DNA from: Octopus vulgaris
Lineage: Eukaryota
Assembly (NCBI GenBank): GCA_951406725.2
Contig: OX597825.1
Span: 12,152,001-12,216,000, forward strand
Direction of reading: 5' to 3'
DNA: 64,000 nucleotides
Positions within the stretch are counted from its first letter, which is position 1. The number at the start of each line of letters is the position of its first letter. A program made the position numbers and the translations under genes. The notes beneath the pieces were generated by a model, which saw only the letters and a program-made list of their open reading frames with translations, was not told the DNA's origin and ran no database searches. Positions 27,391 to 40,310 of the stretch are shown in pieces.

Positions 27391-27612
27391 TAGTAGTCGC
27401 TCGCCATATCGCGGTTCACCTATCGCAGTTTATTATTCCAGCTTATGTCGCCTCATCCGTGGTGTTGTTTCACATTTATAATAAAATAAATATATACAAA
27501 TTATAAAAATAATTAAAAAAAATATACAATCCATTGTTGTTTCTACTTTGCGGATTTTTTACATATCGCGTAGGTTTTGGAGCGTAACACCCGCGATAGT
27601 CAAAGGATTACA
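27391..27612. mobile_element. Degenerate Tigger/pogo-like MITE
   Basis: TA|TAGTAGTCGCTCGCCATATCGCGG ... CCGCGATAGTCAAAGGATTACA|TA: imperfect TIRs with TA flanks. Confidence 0.45.
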
Positions 27613-28342
27613 TAAGTGCAAAAATTAGTTGTATATCACGAAAACTATAACGATATTGTCATCAAAGAAATCGTCTGAGCGCTGAAGTAGTTGTCAGAAT
27701 TGTTTCGGCAGAGCTCCCCGTACATAGAATTTGGAAAGATTATTAACACACAAGGTCTCACCATTTATGGTATACAATAAATACCTCATTTCTAAATCGT
27801 ACTCCTCTCATAAATCCAAACGGTACGAGTAATTTTGAAACGAAGCCACTTATCGCTCTGTTAACTTCCACGAGATAGAAATACAAAAAGTAGTGAGAGT
27901 CAAATCTCTGTTGTATATAGATGACGTGATTCTATATATTTCATCTGACAAACAACTGGCAAATTACAAGAAATGAAGAGAAATAATCGCGGATTAAGAA
28001 AAAATGTGATCTTGAGAACGTTAAGTGATCGAATTTGGTGGTGACGGAGATATTGTCTTTGTTTTCATTGAATTTTAATGAAAACCATTGTTGCTCTGAT
28101 ATACCGAAGAACCAGTGTAAGAGAAAGGAAAGAAAAAAAGGTGCTTTTAAATAATGAGGAAGTAATGAATCAAGAAGAGTGTGTATTTTAGTCACAATAG
28201 TATATTTATTTTATAACACAGTTACTAATAACAATTCTTATATTAATATTTACATATAATTAGATAACGTGCAGAGTGTATCAGACACATTACCGATAAT
28301 TAATAGTCATCCGTTATCTTAGATCAATATTGATGACGAATA

Positions 28343-29301
28343 AGGCGGCGAACCGGCAGAATCTTAAGACATGTCTTGCAAAACACTTGGCGTCATTTTG
28401 CCTGTCTTTACATTTTCAATTCAATTCTGCCGAGGTCGACTTCGCCTTCTAAATTTTCGGGGGTCGATAAAATAAGTACCAATTGAGCACTGTGGTCGAT
28501 GTAATCGACTTACCCTCTCTCCCGAGACTTCTATGCTTGTGCCAAAATTTAAAGTCGAAATTTAAGACACATAATGCTTCGAGCTAGCAGAATCTTTAGC
28601 ACGCCGGGCAAAATGCTTAGCGGTATTTCGTCTGCGTTACGTTGTGAGTTCAAATTCCGCCGAGGTCGACTTTGCCTTTCATCCTTTCGGGGGTGATTAA
28701 ATAAGTACCAGTTACTCACTGGAGTCGATGTAATCGACTTAATACCTATGTCTGTCCTTGTTTGTCCCCTCTGTGTTTAGCCCCTTGTGGGTAATAAAGA
28801 AATAGAAATAGGTATTTCGTCTGCTGCAACATTCTGAGTTCAAATTCCGGCGAAGTAGACTTTGCATTTCATCCTTTCGGGGGTGATTAAATAAGTACCA
28901 GTTACTCACTAAGGTCGATATGATCGACTTAATCCGTTTGTCTGTCCTTGTCTGGGTAGCATTTTGCCCGTCTTTACATTTTCAATTTAATTCCGCCGAG
29001 ATCGACTTCGCTTTTATTTTTTCGGGGGTCGATAAAATAAGTACCAATTGTGCACTGGGGTCGATGTAATCGACTTACCCTCTCTCCCGAAACTTCTATG
29101 CTTGGGCCAAAAATTAAAGTCGAAATTTAAGACACATAATGCGTCGAGCTGGCAGAATCGTTTGCACGCCGGGCACAATTCTTAGCGGCATTCGACCCGT
29201 CTTTCCGTACAGAGTTCAAATTCCGTCGAGGTCGACTTTAGCTTTCATCGTTTCATTGTCGATAAAATAAGTACCAGTTGAGCACTGGGGTCGATGTAAT
29301 C
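28343..29301 (+). mobile_element. Tandem array of family E SINE units (about five bodies)
   Basis: GCCGAGGTCGACTT.GCCTTTCATCCTTTCGGGG..GAT.AAATAAGTACCA-like units recur near 28430, 28660, 28850, 28995 and 29225. Confidence 0.88.
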
Positions 29302-29625
29302 ATTTTAGAGTCATAGCTAATCTTACTTTAATTATTTTATGGCTTTGTGTTTTCACTGGGAAATGCCAGTGATATTACGAATACCATGTCCAAGTAGAAC
29401 TTAGAAACTATTGCGAAGGAGATGATGTTAAGATTTATGTAAGTAAGCAAGTTTTTATTAAACATAAATAGTCTGGCAATTTTTTTATGCTACCTCTTAA
29501 TGTTATATCGTGCAAGAAGAAAACAAGAAGTAAATAGATGTCGTGCATCGTCAGAGAAATTAAAAGTGAATTAGTTCTAAAACTACTTATTGGTGTAATA
29601 AAATATTAGCTATTCTTTAATTATT

Positions 29626-29799
29626 GCAGGAGTGGCTGTGTGGTAAGTAGCTTGCTTACCAACCACATGGTTCGGGGTTCAGTCCCACTGAGTGGCGCCT
29701 TGGGCAGGTGTCTTCTACTATAGCCTCAGGCCGACCAAAGTCTTGTGAGTGGATTTGGTAGCCGGAAACTGAAAGAAGCCCGTCGTATATATGTATATA

Positions 29800-29868
<69 letters not shown>

Positions 29869-30089
29869 GTGTGTGTATATGTTTGTGTCTGTGTTTGTTC
29901 CACCAACATCGCTTGACAACCGATGCTGGTGTGTTTACGTCTCATTAACCTTGCTGTTCGGCAAAAGAGACCGATAGAATAAGTACTGGGTTTACAAAGA
30001 ATAAATCCTGGGGACGATTTGTTCGAAAAAAAAAGGCGGTGCTCCAGCATGGCCGAAGTCAAATGACTGAAACAAGTAAAAGAGTAAAG
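29626..30089 (+). mobile_element. SINE family A, full length
   Basis: Matches 4838-5236. Confidence 0.9.
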
Positions 30090-31406
30090 ATGTATTCCTT
30101 TTAATCTATTTCGACATCTGATCGAATCTTGGAATTCCAGAGTTTGTTTGCCACAAAGACTCGGTCTCTAGGATTACTTCGACTTAGATTATAATTGTAT
30201 TCGTTAGACTCACTTTGCTTTGAATTGAGACGTATAAAATGAAAATTCGCACGTTTCTAAAACTACCAAATGTGACAAAGTAACAGCACAATCATGAACT
30301 CACGCTCGCAAATACACACAAATATACTACTAAGAAAGAGAACATACACAGCACATTCACAAGTTTACTATCACAAGCATTCAAAAATACACTCACACAC
30401 ATACAGACTCACACACGCACATTCATAGATCACGTATTTTAAAAAATCCACATCGCTTCTATCTTCAGAACATACTTCTATACAGTAAGTACGAACTTTA
30501 AAATAAATACTTATATCCTGTTAAGCCATGAACTCTTTAACTAGTTTCATCGACCTCAACTCTTTAACTAGTTTCATCGACCTCGACGTTTTTCCATATC
30601 ATTTATTCTCTTATGCTATTCTATATTACCACATTATCGCCCCATATGCGTGACATTTTCAACTATTTTGCTATACCTCTTATTATTTTCGATATCTCCT
30701 GTCAGGAATTCTTTCAAACCGCTTGTTCTGGCACCGTAATAAAAAGCTTTATACTTCTCTCTTCTAAGAGTACTAAATATCTAATAAGATTTCGGTTATT
30801 CACTTCTGTTATCTTTGTCTCATAAGTATAGTTCTTTATTTTGTAATACACAATGAGTATATCTTCCTTTCGGCAAACGCGTAACACTTATTTAAAGTAA
30901 GAATCGTGTTACCTTCCATATTGTTTCGCATTTATTATTTCTTAAATAGATTTATATTTGCCTTTCCGTTCGGTTTCTCTTTTCTTTTACCAACTTATAT
31001 CCTAACAAGTAGGTATCCAAAATTCAGACTTTTGTATTCCTATCCTTCTCCAAACATTTTAATGGTATTACTTTGCCACACCTGCATCTGGCACTTCTTT
31101 TACTTAAAGTTGTTTTCTTTATGATTTCGACGATATATACTTTCATATTTCATATCTGTGTAGTTTTTTATTGATCGTCCCTAGACGTCTACTGATCCTG
31201 TTTGCTTTCGTTTCCACTCTTCCTTTTATTTCTAATAATACAATTTGTGTAGTTTATGTTTGCATTTGATTTTAACATTTATTTCATTTGATGTATCAAA
31301 GTTGGTTTTGTTGTTTTTCTCCATCAAAATTGAGAAAAGCCGATCAAAAAAATATTTCAAATGATATATTTGCCATCTCTTGTTTAGTTGGTGTTGCTGT
31401 TGTTGC

Positions 31407-31407
<1 letters not shown>

Positions 31408-31437
<30 letters not shown>

Positions 31438-31575
31438 CTTCTTCTTCTTCTTCTTCTTCTTCTTCTTCTTCTTCTTCTTCTTCTTCTTCTTCTTCTTCTT
31501 CTTCTTCTTCTTCTTCTTCTTCTTCTTCTTCTTCTTCATCATCATTACCTTCTTCTTCTGCTTCTTCTCCTTCTT
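31408..31575. repeat. (CTT)n microsatellite
   Basis: A long pure CTT run with a degenerate end. Confidence 0.95.
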
Positions 31576-31646
31576 TAACATTTTCCTTTTCTTTTTAATA
31601 TTAATAATTATTATTGTTATAATAATAATAATACTAATAATAATAC

Positions 31647-32703
31647 GGAATTAGAGATAGATATACAAGAAACAAGCACAGAAAGAGCTAGGCGCTTGAA
31701 AACCCGTGCCAAAACTGCGGCCTTAGATATTCTGAATAATAAATGGCAAGAAAAACCTCTCTATGGCAAATACCCAAAGAGAGCGAATAATGCAGATATC
31801 GACAAAGCCCTGACCCATCAATGGCTAATGGCCTCTGGCTTAAAATCTGAAACAGAGGGGTTTATCATAGCAGATCAAGATCAATGCCTACCAACAAGAA
31901 ACTACCAGGCCAACATATTGAAGAACGGCAGTAGCCCAACATGTCGTGTATGCCGACAGCAAAATGAAACCATTGACCATGTTGTCTCCAAATGCAGTCT
32001 TCTAGCGCCTACAGAGTACCTCAGTAGGCATGATAGAGCTGCACAATATATTCACTGGGTAATTTGCAAAAACCTGGATTTGCCCCATGAAAAAAACTGG
32101 TGGGAACACAATCCACCTCCTGTGCTTGAAAATGACCACATCTCACTCCTCTGGAACTTCACCATTCAAACTGACAGGAAGATAGATGCAAATAGGCCAG
32201 ACATTTTATTGAAAGACTTCAGACAAAGAACATGCCTCCTCATTGATATGACTGTCCCAATCGATATAAACGTATCTGTCAAGACCTACCAAAACTGAAC
32301 AAATATAAAGATCTTGAAATAGAAATCAGCAAAATGTGGAAGCTGAAGACTAAAACAATACCTGTTGTCATAGGTACCCTGGGAATGATAGCGAAAGGGA
32401 CTGATTGCTACCTAACTCAGATACCAGGAAACCCCAAAATGGCAGAAATTCAAAAGATAGTGCTCATGGGAACTGCTCATATCCCACGCAAAATACTCTC
32501 TATGTAATCCCAAGGTTTAAAACAAAATTTTTATTTTTATTTATTTTTTTTATGTATTACACATTCACTAGTACAACACCAAAAAAAAAAGGAAAAAAAA
32601 ACCCCCAAATATATGGCACAGAACTTCCAACCTGTTGTCTCTTGAGGTCTCTGGGTGAGACTTGGAGCCAACTTGTACAGACATAAAGCAAAAGTCAAAC
32701 ATA

Positions 32704-32704
<1 letters not shown>
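31647..32704 (+). mobile_element. 5'-truncated R4/Dong-like non-LTR retrotransposon (CCHC knuckle plus restriction-like endonuclease) in (TAA)n
   Basis: Motifs CRVCRQQNETIDHVVSKC, RHD, RPDILLKD..LLIDMTVP; after a frameshift near 32290, KLNKYKDL...IPVVIGTLG...LMGTAHI, stop 32505-32507. AAT repeats on both flanks. Confidence 0.92.
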
Positions 32705-32772
<68 letters not shown>

Positions 32773-33475
32773 TAATAATAATAATAATATATTACATTCT
32801 CGATGTGTCTGAGCCAAGTGCTGCTCATATTTTGTGCCAGTAAAATTTATTATTTGCTTGACTCTGCCGGTATTTCTTATTTACCATGATTTGTTTTATG
32901 TGAAAAGAAGCATTTTTTTTATATATATACTTTTCTAATGAAGCCACTAAAAACGTACTGCATCGTTCATTTTCTAACCACGGATGCAAGAATACGTGCC
33001 TTTATGATGGTTTTAAATTTTGATGCATGTAAAAAATAGTTAACCTAATAATCAAGAATAATATAGTATAATATAGTATAATAGTATAATAATATAGTAT
33101 AATATATAATTATGTAGTATATTACATAACTTAGTATATTAGTATATAATGTAATATATTACATAACCAAAAGTTTGGAACAATTTTTCGAAATTTAAAA
33201 TTATTATGTCCATATACAATTCGATTCAGTTTTATACAACTTAGAGGTATACATATCTAATAACTAATCCAATATTTCAATTCTAATTTCCGTACCTATG
33301 TTCCAAACTTTTAGCCAAATAATAATATATTGCAAATTTATTATAACTTTGGCCAAATAAAATATAAAAATACTAATTTTTATACCTGTTCCAAACTTCT
33401 GGCCACGAAGGTACACATTTTGGTTTTCGTAATTATCCCAGTGATCTCTACAACAGCCATATTATATAGTCTGTA

Positions 33476-33643
33476 AGGCGGCGAGCTGGCAGAAACGTTA
33501 GCACGCCGGGCGAAATGCGTAGCCGTATTTCGTCTGCCGTTACGTTCTAAGTTCAAATTCCGCCGTGATTGATTTTGCCTTTAACTTTGTCTGTCCTTGT
33601 TTGTCCCCTCTATGTTTAGCCCCTTGTGGGTAGTAAAGAAATA
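33476..33643 (+). mobile_element. SINE family E with internal deletion
   Basis: GGCGGCGAGCTGGCAGAAACGTTAGCACGCCGGGCG...TTTAGCCCCTTGTGGGTAGTAAAGAAATA. Confidence 0.85.
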
Positions 33644-36305
33644 TATATTCATACATTAAAAGAGTAATATGTTTTTGAACCCCGAACCAATTTTTTATAT
33701 TCATTCCTGTGTGAAAGTATACTGCTATATTGTAGTATGTCTACATGTACCATGATATTTTTTACGTCTGTGTACATTCAAACACAAGAAGACATTTCGC
33801 TGCGAAAAAAGTCCATTTCTCGTTACATGTACATTTATTTTATTCAAAACTATTTAGCATATCCTTTTACTCTTCTCTCAAAATTAAATGGATTTATTCC
33901 CTTCTAAATATCTACCTATATCTGGATTACTTCATATTTCACTATAATCAGTAGTATCATTGCTACAATTATTTCAAAACGGTACATCATTTGCAGTTCT
34001 ATCCTACGAAATGTCTTTGGCAGACAGAAGGGAACCGTTTATTTGTCTTGCAATACGTTGAGGAATTAATCCCTTATAAATTTTTATTCATATCTGTACG
34101 ACATTTAACTTTCACACCAATCATTAAAACGAATAACTTATCCTATCGATTGTGTTATACATATCATATTGTGCATAATACGTAAATATAACGACATTTT
34201 ATTATTGTGATGCAGTAAGTGAATACAAGTCTGTCTATGAAAGAAAACTATCTAAATTTCAAAACTAAAACGTAAAAGATAAAATGTCATTGGTCGGTTT
34301 AATGCGAAAACGGACGCTATTGGTTTTATAGATTCAAAATAGAGGACAATGGATATCAAATGTATAATGTTTATATGTTAGATAATAACTAAGCGATTGG
34401 GAAAATAAATGTTATGACATAGCGCAAAATGAGATACAGAAATTAATAGAAGATGAGTTACGACTTTTATTACAAATAGGATCAACAAACGTACGTATAT
34501 TGTTTAATTTCTAGTAAGATACATCGTGTTTGTGTCATGTCAAATGCTTCTTTTGTAAGCATAACATGGTAGAAACTGCGTAATGAGCAAAACAAAGGGG
34601 TTTAATTATTGGTTTTATATAACTGTGTGCAGTAAACGTATGATTGGATTAACGAGAGTATAATTACTAAGTCTGTGATGGAATCTGCTTGATGACGATA
34701 CTGCTGGCTATGGTTATCGAGGTTAAAATTGTTAATCTATGTAGTCAGTGCATGGAAGTTTATACAAAGCTGACCGGCAAGATTATCTAAAATCTTGTGT
34801 ATATTCAATATAAAATATAACTCTTAAAGAGAGGGTGAGGTAATTTCAATAACTTACAAATCAAATTTACTGGGGTTTGAACTATTAAAACATCTATATG
34901 TTTCATAGTTAAAACTGAAGGAGCGAAAACTTATCCCAGAATAACATCAGTATTTAATGAAAATATCAAGGGACGTGTTGAGTATAGGAAGAAAAATCGC
35001 AATATACATAAAGTAAAAATAAACGTATTACTTAACTATAGTTTGTGGTAAATATATAAATGTTACATGCACTCAAATTGTGAGTAATAACGTATGTCAT
35101 GTTAACTAGAAATGTTATAAAATGCCGCAGTAACCTAGCGTTACATCATCTGAAAATGAGGGAGGTGAGTAGAAATTAGATTAGATTCAAGTATAATTAG
35201 CGTGTTATTAATTCTACTAAATTAAAATTAAATGGAACGTTTCTAGGAACCTGGTTTGATACTAGGAATAATAATATTAGTAATTTACAGAAAAGAAGTG
35301 AAGATTGATTTCTAACGCTAACAGATTATTAAAAGCTTTCAAATTATGTAAACATGCTGTTTCGCCGTGGGCGAATTCGATTAAGTATGAGCTATATTCT
35401 GTAACAATTACTAATGCGTTTTCTAATAAAAATAGGTATATGTTTTAACATATTCTTTACGAGGGAAATATGAAAGCCTATAATGGTTTTAAAAATAGCC
35501 TAATTAAGGGTTTGTGATCTTAAAGGATTAGCAAACGATCATCAGATATAACACCCGCCCACATACTTCTTGGGTAGATGTTATAATTGGTAATTGTAGA
35601 GAAGGATGTATGTCGAGGTGAATTATGGTCACATTCTAAATGTGAATCTGATTAGACTTGATATTAAGAACAATATTAAGTTTAGAAAATGATATACATG
35701 GGGAAATAGATTTCAATCGAATAGAATGCTCTGGTTATATACAGAATATATGATATTACAAATAATACAGAAGGAGTAATATACCAAAATGCAACGTTTC
35801 TTACAAGGGAAGCATACGAATTATGGTTAAATATCATATAATATACGGGTTAGTCAATAAGTAAGAAAAAATAGCTACGAATTACGATGGGTTTAAGTTC
35901 AAAGCAGCAAATACAAAGATTTACATGAGAAAAATTTAATATAATGTAATAAAATACAATCGAAAGATTGTAATATAATATAATATAATATAATATAATA
36001 TATTATATAATATAATAATAATATATAATATAATATAATATAATATAATGTAATATAATATAATATAATATATTATACACACAGGCAAACACATACAGAA
36101 ACACAGACACACAACACACACACACACATATATATGGGGGAAATATAATAGGTGATTAACAAGCTACAGACCTAACGCTATAATCTTGGAAAAAGTATAT
36201 ACGAATGTTTACCTCATACACTTAAGTGTTTATTTAAGGGATTCTCGCTTCTTAATCCTCCGATATATATAAAATACTGTACTAAGAAATTTTTAAATAT
36301 TATTC

Positions 36306-36356
<51 letters not shown>

Positions 36357-36417
36357 CAAATGTGCGTGTGTGTGTGTGAGCGCGCGCATTCTTGTCAATG
36401 TATATATATATAGTTTG

Positions 36418-36625
36418 CTCTTTTGTTTCAGTCATTTGACTGCAGCCATGCTGGAGCACCGCATTTGGTCGAGAAAATCAACCCCAGGACTTATTATTTG
36501 TAAGCCTAGTACTTATTCTGTCGGTCTCTTTTGCCAAACCGCTAAGTTTCGGGGACGTAAACACACCAGCATCAGTTGTCAAGCGATGTTGGGGGGGACA
36601 AACACAGACACACAAACATATACAC

Positions 36626-36671
<46 letters not shown>

Positions 36672-36830
36672 GACGGGCTTCTTTCAGTTTCCGTCTACCA
36701 AATCCACTCACAAGGCTTTGGTCGGCCTGTGGCTATAGTAGAAGACACTTGCCCAAGGTGCCACGCAGTGGGACTGAACCCGGGAACTATGCGGTTGGTA
36801 AGCAAGCTACTTACCATACAGCCACTCCTG
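36418..36830 (-). mobile_element. SINE family A, full length
   Basis: Reverse complement of the family A sequence. Confidence 0.9.
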
Positions 36831-37385
36831 TATACACATAGCAGGAAGGAGAAAATGAAAACGCAGATAGATGCACTTTAAAATATTGTTCGACAGACAC
36901 ATTAACATCATCAAATACCCTTTGAATATTTCAAACATTCCAGAAATAAATTATTCCGAGTGACACGGACATTGAGAATAACGATTTTATCTGTTAATGT
37001 ATAACGAATTAGATGCGAATTTCTTCCTTTGGGCAATTATTCTAATTGAACACCGATATATTTAAAGGCTGCATAATTAAACGTTGGTTTGAAACATTGC
37101 TTTAATTTCGCCTCCAGAAACGTATATGGCAGAATATTTTAGATATATCACGGCCTTCTCGTAGATGTATGCGAATAAAATTTGCTTCGATGTGGTGGAA
37201 CGTGTAAATATTCATTTGAAATCGAGAAAAAAACTATGCCTCTGCTCATGTTAATGATTGCACTTTTAAAAATGTCTCGCATTGATTTCTTTAATGGTCG
37301 GTAAAAACACAGCAGGAACAAATAAATAATTTCAAGTACACACGCATACACATATACACACTCACTCACTCACACATATATACGC

Positions 37386-37418
<33 letters not shown>

Positions 37419-37440
37419 TGTATGTATGTATGTATGTATG

Positions 37441-37512
<72 letters not shown>

Positions 37513-37514
<2 letters not shown>

Positions 37515-37763
37515 AATCCTTAAATCCTTAAAAATGTTTCAGCCCGAAAGCTGCGGCCGTGCTGGGGCACCACCGTTGAAAGAGCTACACTAGTATGTGA
37601 AACTACCTCTGATACGTGGCACTTGGTCAACATGGGAGTTCCAGGCCGCTACCCGCATCTGTATTTTCTGCCGAGAGGTAGGTTCATCTGGAACCCCTGA
37701 CAAGAAGAGATCCAATTTAATTTTAAAGAAACCCATATCCACACCATGCTGGGCTCTAAACTT
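37513..37763 (-). pseudogene. CR1-like LINE extreme 3' end
   Basis: The minus strand gives FFKIKLDLFLSGVPDEP...AAWNSHVDQV, then tail GGTGGTGCCCCAGCACGGCCGCAGCTTTCGGGCTGAAAC and TTTAAGGA repeats. Confidence 0.75.
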
Positions 37764-38736
37764 TGTATATATACATACATACATATATATATATATATTA
37801 TATTAAATTAGAGATAAAATTTTAATACTTTTGATATATATTTAAAATAATATAAATTAATTAATTTTATGTATTGGCTTAAGTTTTTCATTGTTTGATT
37901 TGCCTAATAGTGGTTTTATCTCTAATTTAATATAATATAATATTTTACTATAAAATTGGATTCAATCCTAAATCTGATTTTTCCCTGTAAGTTTGGATTT
38001 ATTCCCTAATATTTTATTATGTATATATATATACATATATATGCATGCAAAGTTTAGAGGACTGACCACTAAAGTGAACAGTCTATATGCTAAAGATAGA
38101 CGTCAAATCACTATTACCACGAAAAATGTGTTCTCCAGAAAAATCTCAGCAAAAAAATACAAAACAAAATCTAAAAATAAGCAAGACAAATGAAAATATA
38201 CGAAATAGAAAACGAATACCTATGTACCTATGTTTTTTTTATTTTAGATTTCGTATATTTTCATTGGTCTTGCTTATTTTTAGTGAACCCGGTTAGCAAT
38301 CCAATACGGTAGTGTGTAATGCAGAGGTACTCTATGCAAGTTCGAAACTTCTATGCAAACTGTTAACCCGACCAGAAGGGAAAGGAGTTCTTTCAATTTT
38401 TTCTGGTTGTAATGATATCATATATAATGCAATCAATCATGCGTTAATTACATAGAGGGAAGCAAGCCAGTGTTTTCTCAATCACTGTTATTCCCATTTG
38501 GAATCGTATTATTTCGTAGGAGTTGTGTTTGTACATAGGAACATACCAAACGATTTTTTTTATAGGCGCTGTCCATGTCAAACAATTAATCAAAAATATT
38601 GATTTCACCTACCAATTCTGTAAGACAGCGGAAATTTCTCGGGTTCATTTATGACCGTGTATATCAAATGTATGTATATGCCGGAGATATTACAGCTGAA
38701 AACTGATTAAACTCCACACGATATATCACACAGAAT

Positions 38737-38939
38737 GGCGGTGAGCTGGCAGAAACGTTAGCGCGCCGGGAAAAAGCTTAGCGGTATTTCGTCTACCGTT
38801 ACGTTCTGAGTTCAAATTCCGACTTTGCCTTTCATCATTTCGGGGTCGATAAATTAAGTACTAGTTACGCACTGGGGTCGATATAATCGACTTAATCCGT
38901 TTGTCTGTCCTTAATTGTCTGTGGGTAGTCAAGAAATAG
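38737..38939 (+). mobile_element. SINE family E
   Basis: GGCGGTGAGCTGGCAGAAACGTTAG...; GATATATCACA occurs on both sides (possible TSD). Confidence 0.85.
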
Positions 38940-39605
38940 ATATATCACAGAGAAGTAGTTTGGCCCCTATGTTTTACCAGCACCTGACCATCAACCCTTA
39001 CATCTCACTTTCACCCATTCTCTATCAAAAATATTCATTTCCCTTTCTCGGTAGTTTTCCTTCATTTCTTTATCGTTTCTAAATTCCATCTCCCATACGA
39101 GTCTCTGTCCCCTATCTGTCAATTTCACAAATATTTATGAACTCATATATTTACACACAGGATTTTATAAAGAACCATTATACGCCGCTTCGTGGGAATT
39201 CCGGCTTCGATGTCATGATTCGTCGAGTGGATTATTAGGAAATGCAATTTGAAACCCAATAAAGTTCTGTTAAATGCTTTCGGAAATTGCAACGGAACTT
39301 ACATGCATGCCTTTAGGCTACAAGAGCTAACATAATAGCCCTCAGTATTACTCAGTAATATATCTATGAAATCCGTCAGTCAATTATATAAACAACATTG
39401 TTCCCAATATGCAGTCCACAATTATGCGATGAGTAATCAATAACTTGGGACAATATATATGTGTGTATTGTCCATATATATATATATAAATTTATACATA
39501 CATACATACTTAAATGCATACATATATATGTATATAGAGGAATTTTTTGTGTAATGAGATAAAAAACCAAGGGTGTGTAGATATTGGAACATTTATGGAT
39601 AGAAG

Positions 39606-39657
39606 GTCTTACAGTTGTTTCCAGGATATATATTAATTATATTCCTTCTTCGTAGAC
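39606..39657 (-). ncRNA. Degenerate HHR motif in a pLTR-like remnant
   Basis: The minus strand reads GUCU-ACGAAGA-AGGA...UCCUG-GAAA-CAACUG-UA-AGAC. Stems I and II pair, but the core has two substitutions. Confidence 0.45.
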
Positions 39658-39964
39658 GGCGTGAGAGTATGGTTAAGTCATAGTTAGTTTAGATGTGATA
39701 CAAAATAGAGAGTGAGGTGGAGGAAAGAAAATAGATGCAAGATATGTATGGATATTGAAGTTGTAAATCCCTTTTTTTAGGCAGAATGGTATATATGTAA
39801 TATTCCAATACCCTATGAGTCCAAAAGTCCAACAGAGTTTAAAATGGGTCCTTCGAAATATACAGATTATACACTATGTAAGATTGCCTTGTGAGTGAGA
39901 TCCAGCATATATACATATATATGTACGTATGTATGTACGTATGTATGTATGTATCTATGTATGT

Positions 39965-40310
39965 ATGCCTCAGTAAAGCTGGACTCAAGAGCAATCTTCG
40001 TTGTCATAAAGCAAGACAGATGAGTGACAACCTGGCCACTGGTGGTGGTGTTACACACCATACTAATTATGCCTGTCAGGCATGTGGAAGGGAGTGTAAT
40101 TCGGCAGGAGGACTTAAACGGCATGCAAAGGTACGTGAAGCCCAGTTACAACTACAGCCGGCTATTACCAGTAAAGGTCTTAGTTGCCAATTTTGTAAAA
40201 GACATTTTAGATCTTTAGCTGCTTTAAAAAGTGACATTCGAGCACAGGACTAATAGCAGTTAAGCTTCGTGCAATGGCTATACTCGATAACGAGGGGGCA
40301 GCCATCATCA
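39965..40310 (+). pseudogene. RTE-like LINE 3' end encoding C2H2 zinc fingers
   Basis: CLSKAGLKSNLRCH, CQACGRECNSAGGLKRHAKVR and CQFCKRHFRSLAALKSDIRAQ, stop at 40253. Short 3' UTR with a CTCG-ATAA-CGAG hairpin; (TATG)n on both sides. Confidence 0.65.

Noticed and set aside
28343-29301. CRISPR-like array
   Set aside because: The units are long SINE bodies without unique spacers, in a eukaryotic context with no cas genes.
30531-30584. 27-bp exact tandem duplication (also a 16-bp one at ~59620-59652)
   Set aside because: Ordinary slippage duplications with no further structure.
33168-33414. Tc1-like TIR fragments (CCAAAAGTTTGGAACA and TGTTCCAAACTT)
   Set aside because: Only short degenerate matches; element boundaries could not be defined.
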